44,632 bases of DNA from Candidatus Poribacteria bacterium (GCA_047517405.1 JAKZSX010000002.1:1-44632); one strand, 5' to 3'; positions 23,807 to 34,366 are shown, counted from the stretch's first letter. Notes: generated from the sequence alone by a model not told the origin. Numbers and translations are program-made.

Positions 23807-25780
23807 TCACGGCAAACTCAGTGCGATCAGTTCGGCAGGACGGTTCGCCCCGCCTATCGGGATCACAATAAACTGCTTGCCATCAGCCATGTAGCTTATC
23901 GGGGCACCTTGTGCGTTGCTTGGAAGTTCTGTGCTCGAAATCAGCTGCCCGTTATCAGGGTCAAACGCCCACAGAAACGGGTTCTTTTCCTCGAAGGTCA
24001 CTTCAATCGCATTGCCGCGGGGTGAGTTGCCGGTCCCGTCCCACTGTGCCTGCGTCGCCGCGAAAAGCAGCGATTCCGTCAGTATCGGGAAATTGCGTTG
24101 CGCCCAGCCCAATGGCGGTAGATCAAGATGCCGCAAGGTCGGGTGGTCCCTCGGTCCATCCCCGACCGGTTGCATCCACTTGTGTTCGCCCGTATTCAGA
24201 TCGATGGCGGTGATGCGTCCATAAGGCGGTTTGATTAAGGGGAGGCGTCGCGGTCCGTTGGGTCCAAACGCAAGGGCACCGGTATAGGTGTAATCTGCCT
24301 TTGGATCTTTTGCTTTGTTTATTGTGATAACGGCAGGGTAGGTGTAGGACGGAATATAGATAACTCCTTTGTGCGGGTCAACAGCTGCCCCCGCCCAGCT
24401 GGCACCGCCGATGATGCCGGGCATGGCAATTGTCCCCTTTTCGGACGGGGGTGTATAGAGCTCCCCGTAGTCGTAATCTTCGATAATACTAAGTGCTTGC
24501 TTGCGCAACGCCGGCGTGAAATCAATTAAATCGTCATGGGTCAAACCTTGGCGATCGAAGGGCGCGGGCTTGGTTGGGAAGGGTTGTGTAGGCGATGAGA
24601 ATTCTCCCTGCACAGCTGACGGGGGCACAGGGCGTTCTTCAATGGGCCAAACCGGTTCTCCAGTAACGCGGTCGAATACAAAACAGAACGCCTGTTTGGT
24701 TACTTGGGCAACCGCCTTGATTTCCTTGCCATCGACGGTAATGTCAATCAGATTCGGTGCAGCGGGCGGATCATAATCCCAGAGTCCGTGGTGCAAAATT
24801 TGAAAATGCCAGACCCGTTCCCCGGTTTCTGCGTTCAGGCATACGAGGCTATCGGCAAAGAGGTTGTCGCCGAGGCGATGTCCACCGTAATAATCGTTGG
24901 TGGGGGTGCTGACGGGTAGGTAGACGTAACCCAATGCTTCATCCGCGCTCATCATTGTCCACACATTCGCATTGCCCGTCGTCTTCCAAGAATCGTTCTT
25001 CCATGTCTCGTTCCCGAATACCCCTTCTTGTGGGATGGTATGGAAGATCCAGCGTTGCTCGCCGGTACGAACATCAAACCCTCTGACATCGCCCGGTGGC
25101 ATCAGCTTTTGCGGTGGCTTTCCAATGGCGAAGGAATCGAGAACTGTGGAACCAACCACAACCACGTCTCGACAGATAACCGGTGGTGAGAAGACCGCAT
25201 ACAGTCGCCGATTCACCGGGTGTCGCAAACCTTTTGTCAAATCGATACGACCATCCTCGCCAAACCCTTGTATCGGTTTCCCTGTTTCGGCGTTAAGCGC
25301 GATGAGATACCCATCGCCCGTGCCAAGGAGGACGCGCTTATCATCGCCCGCCTCCCAATAGGAGACACCGCGATGCACGTAACCTGTGTTAGCGGGGGTG
25401 CCATCCTCATAGGTTTTCGGGTCATAAACCCAGATTGTCTCTCCTGTGACGGCGTTGATAGCAGCAACCAGATTGAGCGACGTGCTGGTGTATATCACGC
25501 CACCAATCATGAGCGGCGTGGATTCATTCACCATCGTCCACAGGTCAGGATTGGATTCGACGAGCGCATTATCGGGGGAGTTCCAACGCCATGCAATCCG
25601 AAGATCTTTGACATTGTCTTTGTTAATCTGATCGAGTGGAACGTATTTGGTGCTGGCTTTGTCCGAGCCGTAAGCCCGCCATTCTCCGGCCTCACCGGCA
25701 TCTGCCGGGGGAACAATCAGACCGATTGCACAAAAGATCGAGACAATATAAAGACATAGCAAATGGTGTGTTCGGATCAC
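23807..25780 (-). CDS. PQQ-dependent dehydrogenase (glucose/quinate/alcohol dehydrogenase-type 8-bladed propeller), exported or membrane-anchored
   Basis: 657 aa with an N-terminal hydrophobic signal or anchor. WRAYGSDKASTKYVPLDQINKDNVKDLRIAWRW is the typical quinoprotein N-terminal motif. Repeated W-containing propeller blades follow. Confidence 0.85.
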   Translation of the reverse strand: MIRTHHLLCLYIVSIFCAIGLIVPPADAGEAGEWRAYGSDKASTKYVPLDQINKDNVKDLRIAWRWNSPDNALVESNPDLWTMVNESTPLMIGGVIYTSTSLNLVAAINAVTGETIWVYDPKTYEDGTPANTGYVHRGVSYWEAGDDKRVLLGTGDGYLIALNAETGKPIQGFGEDGRIDLTKGLRHPVNRRLYAVFSPPVICRDVVVVGSTVLDSFAIGKPPQKLMPPGDVRGFDVRTGEQRWIFHTIPQEGVFGNETWKNDSWKTTGNANVWTMMSADEALGYVYLPVSTPTNDYYGGHRLGDNLFADSLVCLNAETGERVWHFQILHHGLWDYDPPAAPNLIDITVDGKEIKAVAQVTKQAFCFVFDRVTGEPVWPIEERPVPPSAVQGEFSSPTQPFPTKPAPFDRQGLTHDDLIDFTPALRKQALSIIEDYDYGELYTPPSEKGTIAMPGIIGGASWAGAAVDPHKGVIYIPSYTYPAVITINKAKDPKADYTYTGALAFGPNGPRRLPLIKPPYGRITAIDLNTGEHKWMQPVGDGPRDHPTLRHLDLPPLGWAQRNFPILTESLLFAATQAQWDGTGNSPRGNAIEVTFEEKNPFLWAFDPDNGQLISSTELPSNAQGAPISYMADGKQFIVIPIGGANRPAELIALSLP

Positions 25781-26065
25781 AGTTTGACCTTCTTTATGTC
25801 GGTAGTCGATGCGAAAATGCCCTTATCTATGGTAACCAAATCTCCGCCATTATAGCAGATCCGAGGGGTTGGGTCAACAGAATTGGATACGCGCTTGCAC
25901 GACTGAAACGCATGGATGATTTTTGGGTTTCTATTTTCGGGGTAACTGTGTTATAATCTTGAGAAATTCCAAAAAATATAATTTATTTGTAATAGGAAAT
26001 CTTCTAATACTATTGAGGGTTTCCTCTAAAAGTCCCGTAGCTCATCTAAACAAGGGAGAAACTAC

Positions 26066-26938
26066 ATGATTGATTGTTACTATCTTGAGCCGACCACCGT
26101 TTCAGAGGTCTGTGCACTACTAGCCGAACACGGGGATGGTGCGAAGGTCGTTGCCGGCGGACAGCAGATGTCGCTGCTGTTGCGGAATGGATTGATTCAA
26201 CCATCCCATCTAATCAGTATTCAGCATGTCCCCGGATTGGAGGATATAACCGCATCAGAGGACGGTGTAAGCATTGGTGCCAAGGTTACACTGAATCGTT
26301 TGAGCGGGCTAGACGACGCACATCCGACGCTGCGTGCCCTAAGTAATGTCATCGAAGAGGTCGCGGACCAACAGATTCGTAACTTCGCAACACTCGGCGG
26401 GGCAATCTGCGAAGCGCATCCGGCGAGCGATATCACCGTTGTTCTGAGTACGCTGAACGCCACGGTAAAATTGGCGAGCGCAGACGGTGAACGGGTTGTG
26501 CCTATACGCGATTTTGTCACTGATGCCTTTGCTACCGCGGTCCAACCGGGCGAATTGCTGACAGAGGTGGTTGTTCCATCGTTCGATCTCACAGCCGCCG
26601 CAGCGATTCATCGCCGGTTTGTGCTGCGCGCAGGAGATTATCCCGTTGTCGGGGTCGGTGCGTTTGTCAGCCTCGATAGAGCGGGGCAGTGTCAGGATGC
26701 CCGTATCGTAATCGGTAACTGTTCGGGCGCCCCAGCTCACGCACAAGAGGCGGAAGCACGCTTGAAGGGTAACAACATCGTCGGAGACAATGGATTACTC
26801 GCCGCAGCGGGCGAACTCGCCGCAGCCCACGTCACTCCATCGAGTGATCCGATGGCATCAAACGAATACAAAATCGACCTTGTCAGTGTGCTGACCACAG
26901 AAGCATTGACGGAAGCCGTCACGCTTGCCACCGGTTGA
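26066..26938 (+). CDS. molybdenum hydroxylase FAD-binding (medium, CoxM/XdhB-like) subunit
   Basis: VVAGGQQMSLLLRNGLIQPSHLISI FAD-binding motif, 290 aa. GGGAGA RBS. Confidence 0.85.
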   Translation: MIDCYYLEPTTVSEVCALLAEHGDGAKVVAGGQQMSLLLRNGLIQPSHLISIQHVPGLEDITASEDGVSIGAKVTLNRLSGLDDAHPTLRALSNVIEEVADQQIRNFATLGGAICEAHPASDITVVLSTLNATVKLASADGERVVPIRDFVTDAFATAVQPGELLTEVVVPSFDLTAAAAIHRRFVLRAGDYPVVGVGAFVSLDRAGQCQDARIVIGNCSGAPAHAQEAEARLKGNNIVGDNGLLAAAGELAAAHVTPSSDPMASNEYKIDLVSVLTTEALTEAVTLATG

Positions 26939-27015
26939 GACAACTAAAAGGGGTAGCGCAGAACCCTCATCTTCGATCGGGATTGGATTAATAACTAATT
27001 ATTGGAGGATTTTTA

Positions 27016-27486
27016 ATGAAATACCCATTATCGTTGACTGTCAACGACGAAAACTATGACATCCGCGTTGAACCCTACCACACCTTGATGGAGGCTATTC
27101 GTGATGAGATAGGGCTAACGGGGACGAAGTGCGCTTGTGAAGATGGACGGTGTGGGACTTGCACTGTGCTTATTGACGGACGTCTGGTGAAATCGTGTCT
27201 GATGCTTGGGCTACAGGCGAAAGGGAAACCGGTCTTGACCATAGAGGGTCTGGGCTCACCCGATGCACTCCATCCGTTGCAGGCTGCGTTTCTTGAACAC
27301 GGTGCTGTGCAGTGCGGTTATTGCACGCCGGGGATGCTGCTGACGGCAAAGCAGTTGCTAGACGAGAACCCGAATCCAACTGAAGAAGACATCCGCTCTG
27401 CGTTTGTGGGGAATCTTTGCCGCTGTGGAGTGTATACACACGCGACGGAAGCAATTTTGAGCGTCGCAGAGGAGAAGGAGGAATAA
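27016..27486 (+). CDS. molybdenum hydroxylase [2Fe-2S] (small, CoxS-like) subunit
   Basis: Two cluster motifs: CEDGRCGTCTV, and CGYCTPG...CRCG. GGAGG RBS. Confidence 0.9.
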   Translation: MKYPLSLTVNDENYDIRVEPYHTLMEAIRDEIGLTGTKCACEDGRCGTCTVLIDGRLVKSCLMLGLQAKGKPVLTIEGLGSPDALHPLQAAFLEHGAVQCGYCTPGMLLTAKQLLDENPNPTEEDIRSAFVGNLCRCGVYTHATEAILSVAEEKEE

Positions 27487-27491
27487 ATAAC

Positions 27492-29840
27492 ATGAACGTT
27501 GTTGGAACTTCTACTAAACGTGTTGATGGCATAGAGAAAGTCACTGGGAGTGCAGAATTTACAACTGACATCGTGCTGCCGCGTATGATCCATGCCAAGC
27601 TGAAACGCAGCCCGTTTGCACATGCAAAGATTCTGCGAATTGATACCAACAAAGCTGAACAGATGCCCGGTGTCCGTGCTGTCATTACCGCTGCGGATCT
27701 GCCTGACGTGCGGCTGGGTATCCTTACGTTGGATGAGCATCTGCTCGCCCACGACAAAACGCGCTTTGTCGGTGAGCCTGTCGCTGCGGTCGCTGCGGAT
27801 ACTCCAGAGATTGCACGGGCAGCCTGTGAACAGATCGAGGTCGAATACGAGGAACTCCCTCCCCTCTTTGATCCAGAAGAAGCGATGAAGTTAGACCCGC
27901 CGGTGGTGCTGCACGAGGAATACGAAGAATACGAAAAACTCCTTGATCTCGCTGAAATGGACGAGCGTCCGCCCAACCTGTGGCAAGCCTACCGCATCCG
28001 TCACGGCGATATTGATGCTGCGTTCAAAAAAGTGGGGGACGAAGGTGGACATGTCATTGAAAACCGTTATTCAACCGGTTATGTCCATACCGCGTGTATG
28101 GAACCGCACGGTGCAGTGGCACAATGGAGCTCCGGCGGCTCACTTACCCTCTGGGCAGGAAGCCAATCGCCCTACATCGCACGCGACGGTTTAGCGAAAG
28201 CACTTGATCTGTCGCCCTCCAAAGTGCGCGTCATCATTCCATTTGTCGGTGGTGCCTTCGGTGGTAAATTAACTGTCAAAGAAGGGGCTATCGCTGCCGC
28301 ACTCGCCCGTAAAGCACGGCGGCCCGTCAAAATTATCTTGACCCGCGCCGAAGATCTCTCTGCCACTTCGGCACGCACACCGTTCATCTTTGATATAAAG
28401 GACGCTGTGACTAAGGATGGCATACTGATCGGCCGCAAAGTCACTTCGATTTTCTGGGGCGGTGGCTATAGCGGCGAAGGGATTCTCAAGCCAATTTTCT
28501 CTACACATCTCTATCCCGGCTCCTACCGCTTGGCTGCCCTCTGGGTAGATTCCTACGGCGTTTACACCAACCGTGTCTCCGGTGGTGCGTTACGAGGCTA
28601 TGGCTGCGCGGAGTCCGCTTGGGCGGTCGAAACCCAGATGGACATCATTGCGAGAATGTACAACATTGACGCCGTTCAACTGCGTATAAATAACCTGCTG
28701 ACCGAAGGCGAGCGTACCGCTATCACTATGCCCGCTCATGCGTTTAGTGCCCACGAATGCCTGACAAAATGTGCTGATGCAATTGAGTGGGAAACCCCCT
28801 CTGAACCGTTGGAACACCCGTGGTATCGTGGTAAGGGTATCGCTTTAGGTAACAAGTATTCTTTTGCACCGACCGCTTCTAGCACGGAGTTAAAGGTCCA
28901 TGAGGATGCCTCCTGCGAGCTGCGAACCAGCGCGGTCGATTTGGGGCAGGGTGCTTATACCATCCTCACGCAAATCGTCGCCGATGAATTTGGAATCGGA
29001 ATCGATAAGGTCAAACTGGTCACCCCGGACACCGCGATTACACCCTTCGACCATGTTGCCGGCTCCAGTCGGCAGACCTTCCACACCGGCAACGCTACCC
29101 GTATGTCGTGTGACGATGCGAAACGCCAGATACGGGAGCTCGCCGCACCCAAGTTAGAGGCGCACCCGGACGACTTAGAGGTTTCCGGTGGACACATCTC
29201 CGTCAAGGGGTCTTCCAAGTCCATTGAAATTGAAGATCTGTTCGTGGTGGAGATGCTGGCGGGCAAACGTCCGGCAGATCTCGAGATCATGGGCAAGGCG
29301 ACATGGGAAGTCACTGCCAGTCCGCACGATCCAAACACCGGGCAGGGCGAGCAGCCAATGGCTTACATGGGGCACGGTGCCCAAGCAGCCGAAGTCGAAA
29401 TCAACGTTGAAACAGGGCAGGTACGGGTTCGGAAGTTTGTTTCGGCGATTGATGTCGGCAAGGCGATGAACCCGCAAGGCGTCGAAATGCAGAACTACGG
29501 CGGCGGGTGCATGGGTATCGGTATCGCACTGCACGAGGACATGTGCTTCGATGCAAGTGGACAGATGACCAACGCCAGCTTTATGGATTATAAAATCCCC
29601 TCCATTGCTGAGATGCCGTTGAAAGAATACATGGAGTCGATCATCGTCGAAGTCCCGCACCAGCACGGACCCTATGGTGCCAAAGGTGCCGGTGAAATCG
29701 TCGTGGTGCCCACGTCGCCCGCAATCGGTAACGCGATTTATGACGCGATTGGTGTGCGTATCTGGGATCAGCCGCTGACTCCGGAGAAGGTTGTCAAGGC
29801 ATGGAAGGAGAAGCAGGCGTCCGGCAACGGTTCTGGGTGA
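27492..29840 (+). CDS. xanthine dehydrogenase/aldehyde oxidase family molybdopterin-binding large subunit
   Basis: Start MNVVGTSTKRVDGIEKVTGSAEF at 27492. The ORF-track start at 27417 overlaps the small-subunit gene. Contains GGAFGGK and GALRGYG motifs. No CO-dehydrogenase AYxCSFR signature was seen. Confidence 0.9.
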   Translation: MNVVGTSTKRVDGIEKVTGSAEFTTDIVLPRMIHAKLKRSPFAHAKILRIDTNKAEQMPGVRAVITAADLPDVRLGILTLDEHLLAHDKTRFVGEPVAAVAADTPEIARAACEQIEVEYEELPPLFDPEEAMKLDPPVVLHEEYEEYEKLLDLAEMDERPPNLWQAYRIRHGDIDAAFKKVGDEGGHVIENRYSTGYVHTACMEPHGAVAQWSSGGSLTLWAGSQSPYIARDGLAKALDLSPSKVRVIIPFVGGAFGGKLTVKEGAIAAALARKARRPVKIILTRAEDLSATSARTPFIFDIKDAVTKDGILIGRKVTSIFWGGGYSGEGILKPIFSTHLYPGSYRLAALWVDSYGVYTNRVSGGALRGYGCAESAWAVETQMDIIARMYNIDAVQLRINNLLTEGERTAITMPAHAFSAHECLTKCADAIEWETPSEPLEHPWYRGKGIALGNKYSFAPTASSTELKVHEDASCELRTSAVDLGQGAYTILTQIVADEFGIGIDKVKLVTPDTAITPFDHVAGSSRQTFHTGNATRMSCDDAKRQIRELAAPKLEAHPDDLEVSGGHISVKGSSKSIEIEDLFVVEMLAGKRPADLEIMGKATWEVTASPHDPNTGQGEQPMAYMGHGAQAAEVEINVETGQVRVRKFVSAIDVGKAMNPQGVEMQNYGGGCMGIGIALHEDMCFDASGQMTNASFMDYKIPSIAEMPLKEYMESIIVEVPHQHGPYGAKGAGEIVVVPTSPAIGNAIYDAIGVRIWDQPLTPEKVVKAWKEKQASGNGSG

Positions 29841-29845
29841 TTAGA

Positions 29846-30853
29846 ATGAAGATCAAACATAAAATCACTGACCTCAAACTTGTTCACCCCTTCAGGATCG
29901 CCCGGCGAGCCGTTGATGAATTCCGTCAAGTGATTTCTGTTGAAATTGATGGCGGACTTGGTGAGACGGCTCCCGCGCGCTTCTACGGCGAAACCGTCGA
30001 AACCGTTCAAGCCGCTTTTGACATCCTCGATGCAGGTCTTGATGGAAACCTTGATGCTATTGAGAGCGTGATGTCGGAGCTTGAATCGGTTCTCGGACGT
30101 AATTACGCTGCAAAGTCCGCTATTGACATGGCGCTGCACGACCGGCTTGGGAAAAAGTTAGGTGTGCCGCTTTATCAACTCTGGGGGCTCGATCCAAAGG
30201 CGACACCGCTTACAACCTTCACAATTGGGATTGATGAGCCGGAGATAATGCAGCAAAAGGTGCGTGAAGCGGAGGCGTATCCCCTCCTCAAGGTGAAACT
30301 TGGCACCGACCGTGACTTGGAGCTCATCCGCGCACTCCGCGAAGTCACGGATAAGCCGATCTATGTGGATGCCAACACGGCATGGACACCCAAAGAAGCG
30401 GTGCGTAAGATTCGTGAGTTTGCCTCTTACGGCGTTGAACTGATCGAGCAACCCACAAAGCCGGACGATCTGGAGGGATTAAAGTTTGTCCGCGAGCACT
30501 CGGATCTCCCGATTTTCGCCGATGAAAGCGTGAAACGTGCCGCCGATATACCTTCGCTGGTCGGGTGTGTTGATGGTGTCAACATTAAGTTGGTCAAATG
30601 CGGTGGCTTGCTTGAAGCAATGCGAATCATCCACATTGCGCGAGCACATGGGCTGCAAGTGATGATTGGTTGTATGATAGAAAGCTCCCTAGGCATCACT
30701 GCAGCAGCACATCTCACACCGCTTGTGGATTACGCAGATCTGGACGGACATCTGTTGGTTGCGAATGATCCATATCGTGGCGTAAAAATTGAGAAAGGTA
30801 AACTCATCTTACCCGATCTGCCCGGAATTGGAGTTGTTCCAGTCGAGAATTAG
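29846..30853 (+). CDS. dipeptide epimerase (L-Ala-D/L-Glu epimerase-like, enolase superfamily)
   Basis: Start MKIKHKITDLKLVHPFRIARR at 29846. KVKLG (KxK), DANTAW, IEQP, ADES and IKLVKCGG motifs of the MLE-subgroup epimerases. Confidence 0.8.
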   Translation: MKIKHKITDLKLVHPFRIARRAVDEFRQVISVEIDGGLGETAPARFYGETVETVQAAFDILDAGLDGNLDAIESVMSELESVLGRNYAAKSAIDMALHDRLGKKLGVPLYQLWGLDPKATPLTTFTIGIDEPEIMQQKVREAEAYPLLKVKLGTDRDLELIRALREVTDKPIYVDANTAWTPKEAVRKIREFASYGVELIEQPTKPDDLEGLKFVREHSDLPIFADESVKRAADIPSLVGCVDGVNIKLVKCGGLLEAMRIIHIARAHGLQVMIGCMIESSLGITAAAHLTPLVDYADLDGHLLVANDPYRGVKIEKGKLILPDLPGIGVVPVEN

Positions 30854-30904
30854 AAGAAATCCACATCATCTGTTTAATCCGCGATCAGCTTTCAGGAGAA
30901 CTGC

Positions 30905-32488
30905 ATGAGCAAAGCCCAATTATTGAGAGATCATAAAATCGATAATATTAAAAATATATATTGGAACTTATCAACACCCACCCTATATGAAGAAGCCCTC
31001 ATGCGGGGCGAAGGGCAAATTGCTCAATTTGGTCCTTTCATCGTCGAAACTGGTCCTCACACAGGTCGTTCACCTAACGACAAATTTATCGTTGAACAAT
31101 CGTCAAGCCGAGATAAAATCTCGTGGGGTAAAGTCAACCGTCCCATTGCCGAAGAGTACTTCGATCGCGTGTATAATCACATGCTAACTTACATCCAGGG
31201 GCGTGATGTCTTTGTTCAAGATTGCTACGCCGGTGCGGACCCGCAGCATCGCATCACCGTCCGTGCCATCACCGAATATGCGTGGCACAGCCTGTTTACC
31301 CAAAGTCTTCTCATCCCCGCCGACAAGTTGTCTCCAGACCGTTCACCTGACTTTACAATTATTGATTTTCCGGGGCTTCACGCTAATCCTGAATTACACG
31401 GCACTAACTCAGAGGCCTTTATCCTTGTGAACTTTAAGCGGAATTTGGTGCTTATTGGCGGGACGCGGTACGCTGGAGAGATAAAGAAATCGGTTTTTAC
31501 ATACCTTAATTACCTGTTACCGAGTCAGGGAGTGCTGCCGATGCACTGCTCGGCGAACCTTGGACCCAATGGAGATGTTGCCCTGTTCTTCGGATTGTCT
31601 GGAACAGGAAAAACAACGCTTTCCTCTGCACCGGGGAGACAACTCATCGGCGATGACGAGCACGGCTGGAGCGATCGCGGTGTCTTTAACTTTGAAGGCG
31701 GCTGCTACGCGAAAACAATTAACTTGTCCAAAGAAGTGGAGCCGGAGATCTACGCCTGTACCCATAAGTTTGGGACGGTGCTGGAAAACGTGATCCTCGA
31801 TCCGGTAACGCGGCAAATCGATCTCGATGATGACACACTAACCGAAAATACGCGGGCGGGTTACCCTATTACCCACCTCGATTATATCGCTCCGGAAGGT
31901 GTCGGCGGACACCCGAAGAACCTGATCATGCTTACCTGCGATGCGTTTGGTGTGATGCCTCCCGTCGCCAAATTAACAACTGAGCAAGCGATGTATCATT
32001 TCCTTTCGGGATACACCGCAAAAGTTGCCGGCACTGAACAGGGATTGGGGAAGGGACCTGAGGCGACCTTCAGCCACTGTTTTGGTGACCCATTTATGCC
32101 GTTAGATCCTGCTGTATATGCCAACATGCTTGGGGAAAAGATAAATCAACATCAGGTGGATTGTTGGTTGGTTAACACCGGATGGAGTGGTGGCGCCTAT
32201 GGCGAAGGCACACGAATGAAGATCGCTTACACCCGTGCCATTGTTGATGCGGTTTTGAAGGGTAAGCTGGCGGATGTTCCAACCGAGCCGGATCCGATTT
32301 TCAGGATCCACGTCCCAACTGCCTGCGAAGGTGTGCCGTCCGAAATCCTCAAGCCACGGAACACATGGAAAGATGGTGCGGCTTACGAGATCCAAGCGTG
32401 GGAACTCGCTAGGCTGTTTGCGGAAAACTTTGAGCAATTCACCGACAGCACGACAGAAGCCGTCCGAGCGGCGGGTCCCAAAATTTAA
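30905..32488 (+). CDS. pckA: phosphoenolpyruvate carboxykinase (ATP)
   Basis: 527 aa with the kinase-1a motif FFGLSGTGKTTLS, RSPNDKF, and typical ATP-PEPCK length. Confidence 0.95.
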   Translation: MSKAQLLRDHKIDNIKNIYWNLSTPTLYEEALMRGEGQIAQFGPFIVETGPHTGRSPNDKFIVEQSSSRDKISWGKVNRPIAEEYFDRVYNHMLTYIQGRDVFVQDCYAGADPQHRITVRAITEYAWHSLFTQSLLIPADKLSPDRSPDFTIIDFPGLHANPELHGTNSEAFILVNFKRNLVLIGGTRYAGEIKKSVFTYLNYLLPSQGVLPMHCSANLGPNGDVALFFGLSGTGKTTLSSAPGRQLIGDDEHGWSDRGVFNFEGGCYAKTINLSKEVEPEIYACTHKFGTVLENVILDPVTRQIDLDDDTLTENTRAGYPITHLDYIAPEGVGGHPKNLIMLTCDAFGVMPPVAKLTTEQAMYHFLSGYTAKVAGTEQGLGKGPEATFSHCFGDPFMPLDPAVYANMLGEKINQHQVDCWLVNTGWSGGAYGEGTRMKIAYTRAIVDAVLKGKLADVPTEPDPIFRIHVPTACEGVPSEILKPRNTWKDGAAYEIQAWELARLFAENFEQFTDSTTEAVRAAGPKI

Positions 32489-32568
32489 TCGGCTATCCAA
32501 TTTGGGGCTTTTCCTACAATCTGTGAATCTGAATCTGTTTCACGCATCGCATGAGAAAGGATTTCAAA

Positions 32569-33279
32569 ATGGCTGAAAAGCGATTTGCGGTTGTCACTGG
32601 CGGTACTGGTGCGTTGGGAATGGTCGTCACGGAAGCCCTTCTCAGAGAAGGTTATCAAATTGCGGTCCCTTACACTTCTGAGCGCAATATCGAACCCTTT
32701 GAGCGTCAAATTGGCGACCTCAAAGCGCAAGTAACACTGATACGCACAGACCTGACGGTTGAAACTGAAGTCCAAAATTTTGTCCAAACCACATTGGACA
32801 AATTCGGTCAGATCGACGTTTTAGTGAATACGGTCGGCGGCTTTGTCGGCGGTATCCCAGTTGCTGACATGGCTGAGGAACGATGGAATTTCATGATGGA
32901 TCTGAATCTGAAATCGATTTTTCTCTGCTGCAAAGCGGTTCTGCCGCACATGATTGAGCGGAAGTGTGGGAAGATTGTGAACACCTCTGCGCGTGCAGGA
33001 TTAAGTGGGGTGGCAGGATTGGGTGCCTATTCCGTCTCCAAAAACGGGGTGCGGATTCTCACAGAATCGATTGCGGAGGAGGTCAAAGACTTGGGGATTA
33101 ACGTCAACTCTCTGCTGGTGAGTATCATTGATACACCTGCGAACCGTAAAGGGATGCCCGACGAAGATCACTCCCGCTGGGTTTCACCCGACGACATCGC
33201 CAAAGTTATCCTATTCCTCATTTCCGATGACGCTGCTATCATCAACGGCGCAGCGATTCCTGTCTATGGCAGAGCATAA
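32569..33279 (+). CDS. SDR family oxidoreductase
   Basis: FAVVTGGTGALG cofactor motif and YSVSK catalytic motif. I prefer the ATG at 32569 (MAEKRF). The track start is 32551. Confidence 0.85.
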   Translation: MAEKRFAVVTGGTGALGMVVTEALLREGYQIAVPYTSERNIEPFERQIGDLKAQVTLIRTDLTVETEVQNFVQTTLDKFGQIDVLVNTVGGFVGGIPVADMAEERWNFMMDLNLKSIFLCCKAVLPHMIERKCGKIVNTSARAGLSGVAGLGAYSVSKNGVRILTESIAEEVKDLGINVNSLLVSIIDTPANRKGMPDEDHSRWVSPDDIAKVILFLISDDAAIINGAAIPVYGRA

Positions 33280-33298
33280 TTGACGATAGAGGAGAAAA

Positions 33299-34354
33299 AT
33301 GCAACGACGAAATTTTCATTTAGGGTTGTCCATTTTCTGTGTGATGAGTCTGCTGATTTTTGGCTGTGATAAGCAGAAAAGTGGAGACAAACAATCGTCT
33401 GTCCAAACAGAGAGCGGTCAGGAAAGCACACCGAAAAAGGAGCAGATATGGCTCTCCATCCTCGGTGGGGCGGTTGGCGGGACGTTTTCACCATTTGCAG
33501 GTGGAATTGGGAGTGTCGTTTCAAAAGCAGAACCCACCATCAGAATCTCCGTTGAGGCGTCCGCCGGATCTATTGAAAATGTACGTCGTGTCAATAGTGG
33601 TGGAGACTACATGGGTGTTGCGTTTGCCTCCGATGTTTATCTGGGTTATCATGGGCAAGAGGTCTTTGCTAAAGAAGGAGCGAAAGAAAATATCCGAGTG
33701 CTAACGCTGCTTTACATCGCTTACAATCAATTTGTTACCTTGGCGGGCAGCGATGTGCATCAATTTGAGGATATTGTCGGGAAGAAAGTTGCGATGGGAG
33801 CAGCGGGATCAGGCTCTGCACAGACACTGGAACGTCTCGCGAAGCTTGCCGGCATTCACGGCAAGTTCACGCCGGTTTATAAAGGCGGGACCGCAGGTAG
33901 TGATGCCCTCCGCGATGGGCAGGTGCACGGCTTTCAATGGCTTGTCAATGCCCCCAATTCTGCCATCATTTATGTCTCCGAAATCAAATCTGTCCGCCTA
34001 ATTGACTTCGACGCACCCGCCAAAAAGTACGGATTTTACGAGAAATATCCCTTCTATTTGTCCGGTACGCTGCCTGAGAAGGCGTACAAAAACGTCCAGC
34101 CGGTGAATACATTCCTGATGCCAACAGTCCTCATCGCGCACAAAGATATCAGCGAGGAAACAGTTTACACTATCCTACAGCGTATGTACGATCAAGCGGG
34201 ACATCGAACCTTGGTAACCACCACCCCTGCCGCGAAAGATATGACACTCGAAAATGCGCCGAAGGCGTTTGTGATTCCGCTGCACCCTGGGGCGGATCGG
34301 TTTTGGAAAGAGCGAGGAGTTGAGATTCCGGCGGCGGCGCAAGCTATTGATTAA
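33299..34354 (+). CDS. TAXI-family TRAP-type solute-binding protein (lipoprotein)
   Basis: Signal peptide ending in the lipobox-like LLIFGC. GGAVGGTFSPFAGGIGSVV and the overall pattern resemble the TAXI/Imp family. GAGGAG RBS. Confidence 0.75.
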   Translation: MQRRNFHLGLSIFCVMSLLIFGCDKQKSGDKQSSVQTESGQESTPKKEQIWLSILGGAVGGTFSPFAGGIGSVVSKAEPTIRISVEASAGSIENVRRVNSGGDYMGVAFASDVYLGYHGQEVFAKEGAKENIRVLTLLYIAYNQFVTLAGSDVHQFEDIVGKKVAMGAAGSGSAQTLERLAKLAGIHGKFTPVYKGGTAGSDALRDGQVHGFQWLVNAPNSAIIYVSEIKSVRLIDFDAPAKKYGFYEKYPFYLSGTLPEKAYKNVQPVNTFLMPTVLIAHKDISEETVYTILQRMYDQAGHRTLVTTTPAAKDMTLENAPKAFVIPLHPGADRFWKERGVEIPAAAQAID

Positions 34355-34366
34355 ACCCGCCCACCA

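Noticed and set aside
25220-25759. 179-aa plus-strand ORF
   Set aside because: It is antisense to the PQQ-dehydrogenase gene, whose N-terminal quinoprotein motif is encoded on the minus strand.
27170-27976. 268-aa minus-strand ORF overlapping the [2Fe-2S] and Moco subunit genes
   Set aside because: It is entirely antisense to two strongly supported genes. Its translation is Ser/Arg/Ala-rich low complexity, typical of a shadow ORF in GC-rich coding DNA.
27492-29840. Calling the three-subunit enzyme a carbon monoxide dehydrogenase because of the CoxM-S-L gene order
   Set aside because: The large subunit shows an XDH/aldehyde-oxidase-like RGYG segment. I could not find the form I AYxCSFR or form II AYRGAGR loop. 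No cox accessory genes are present.
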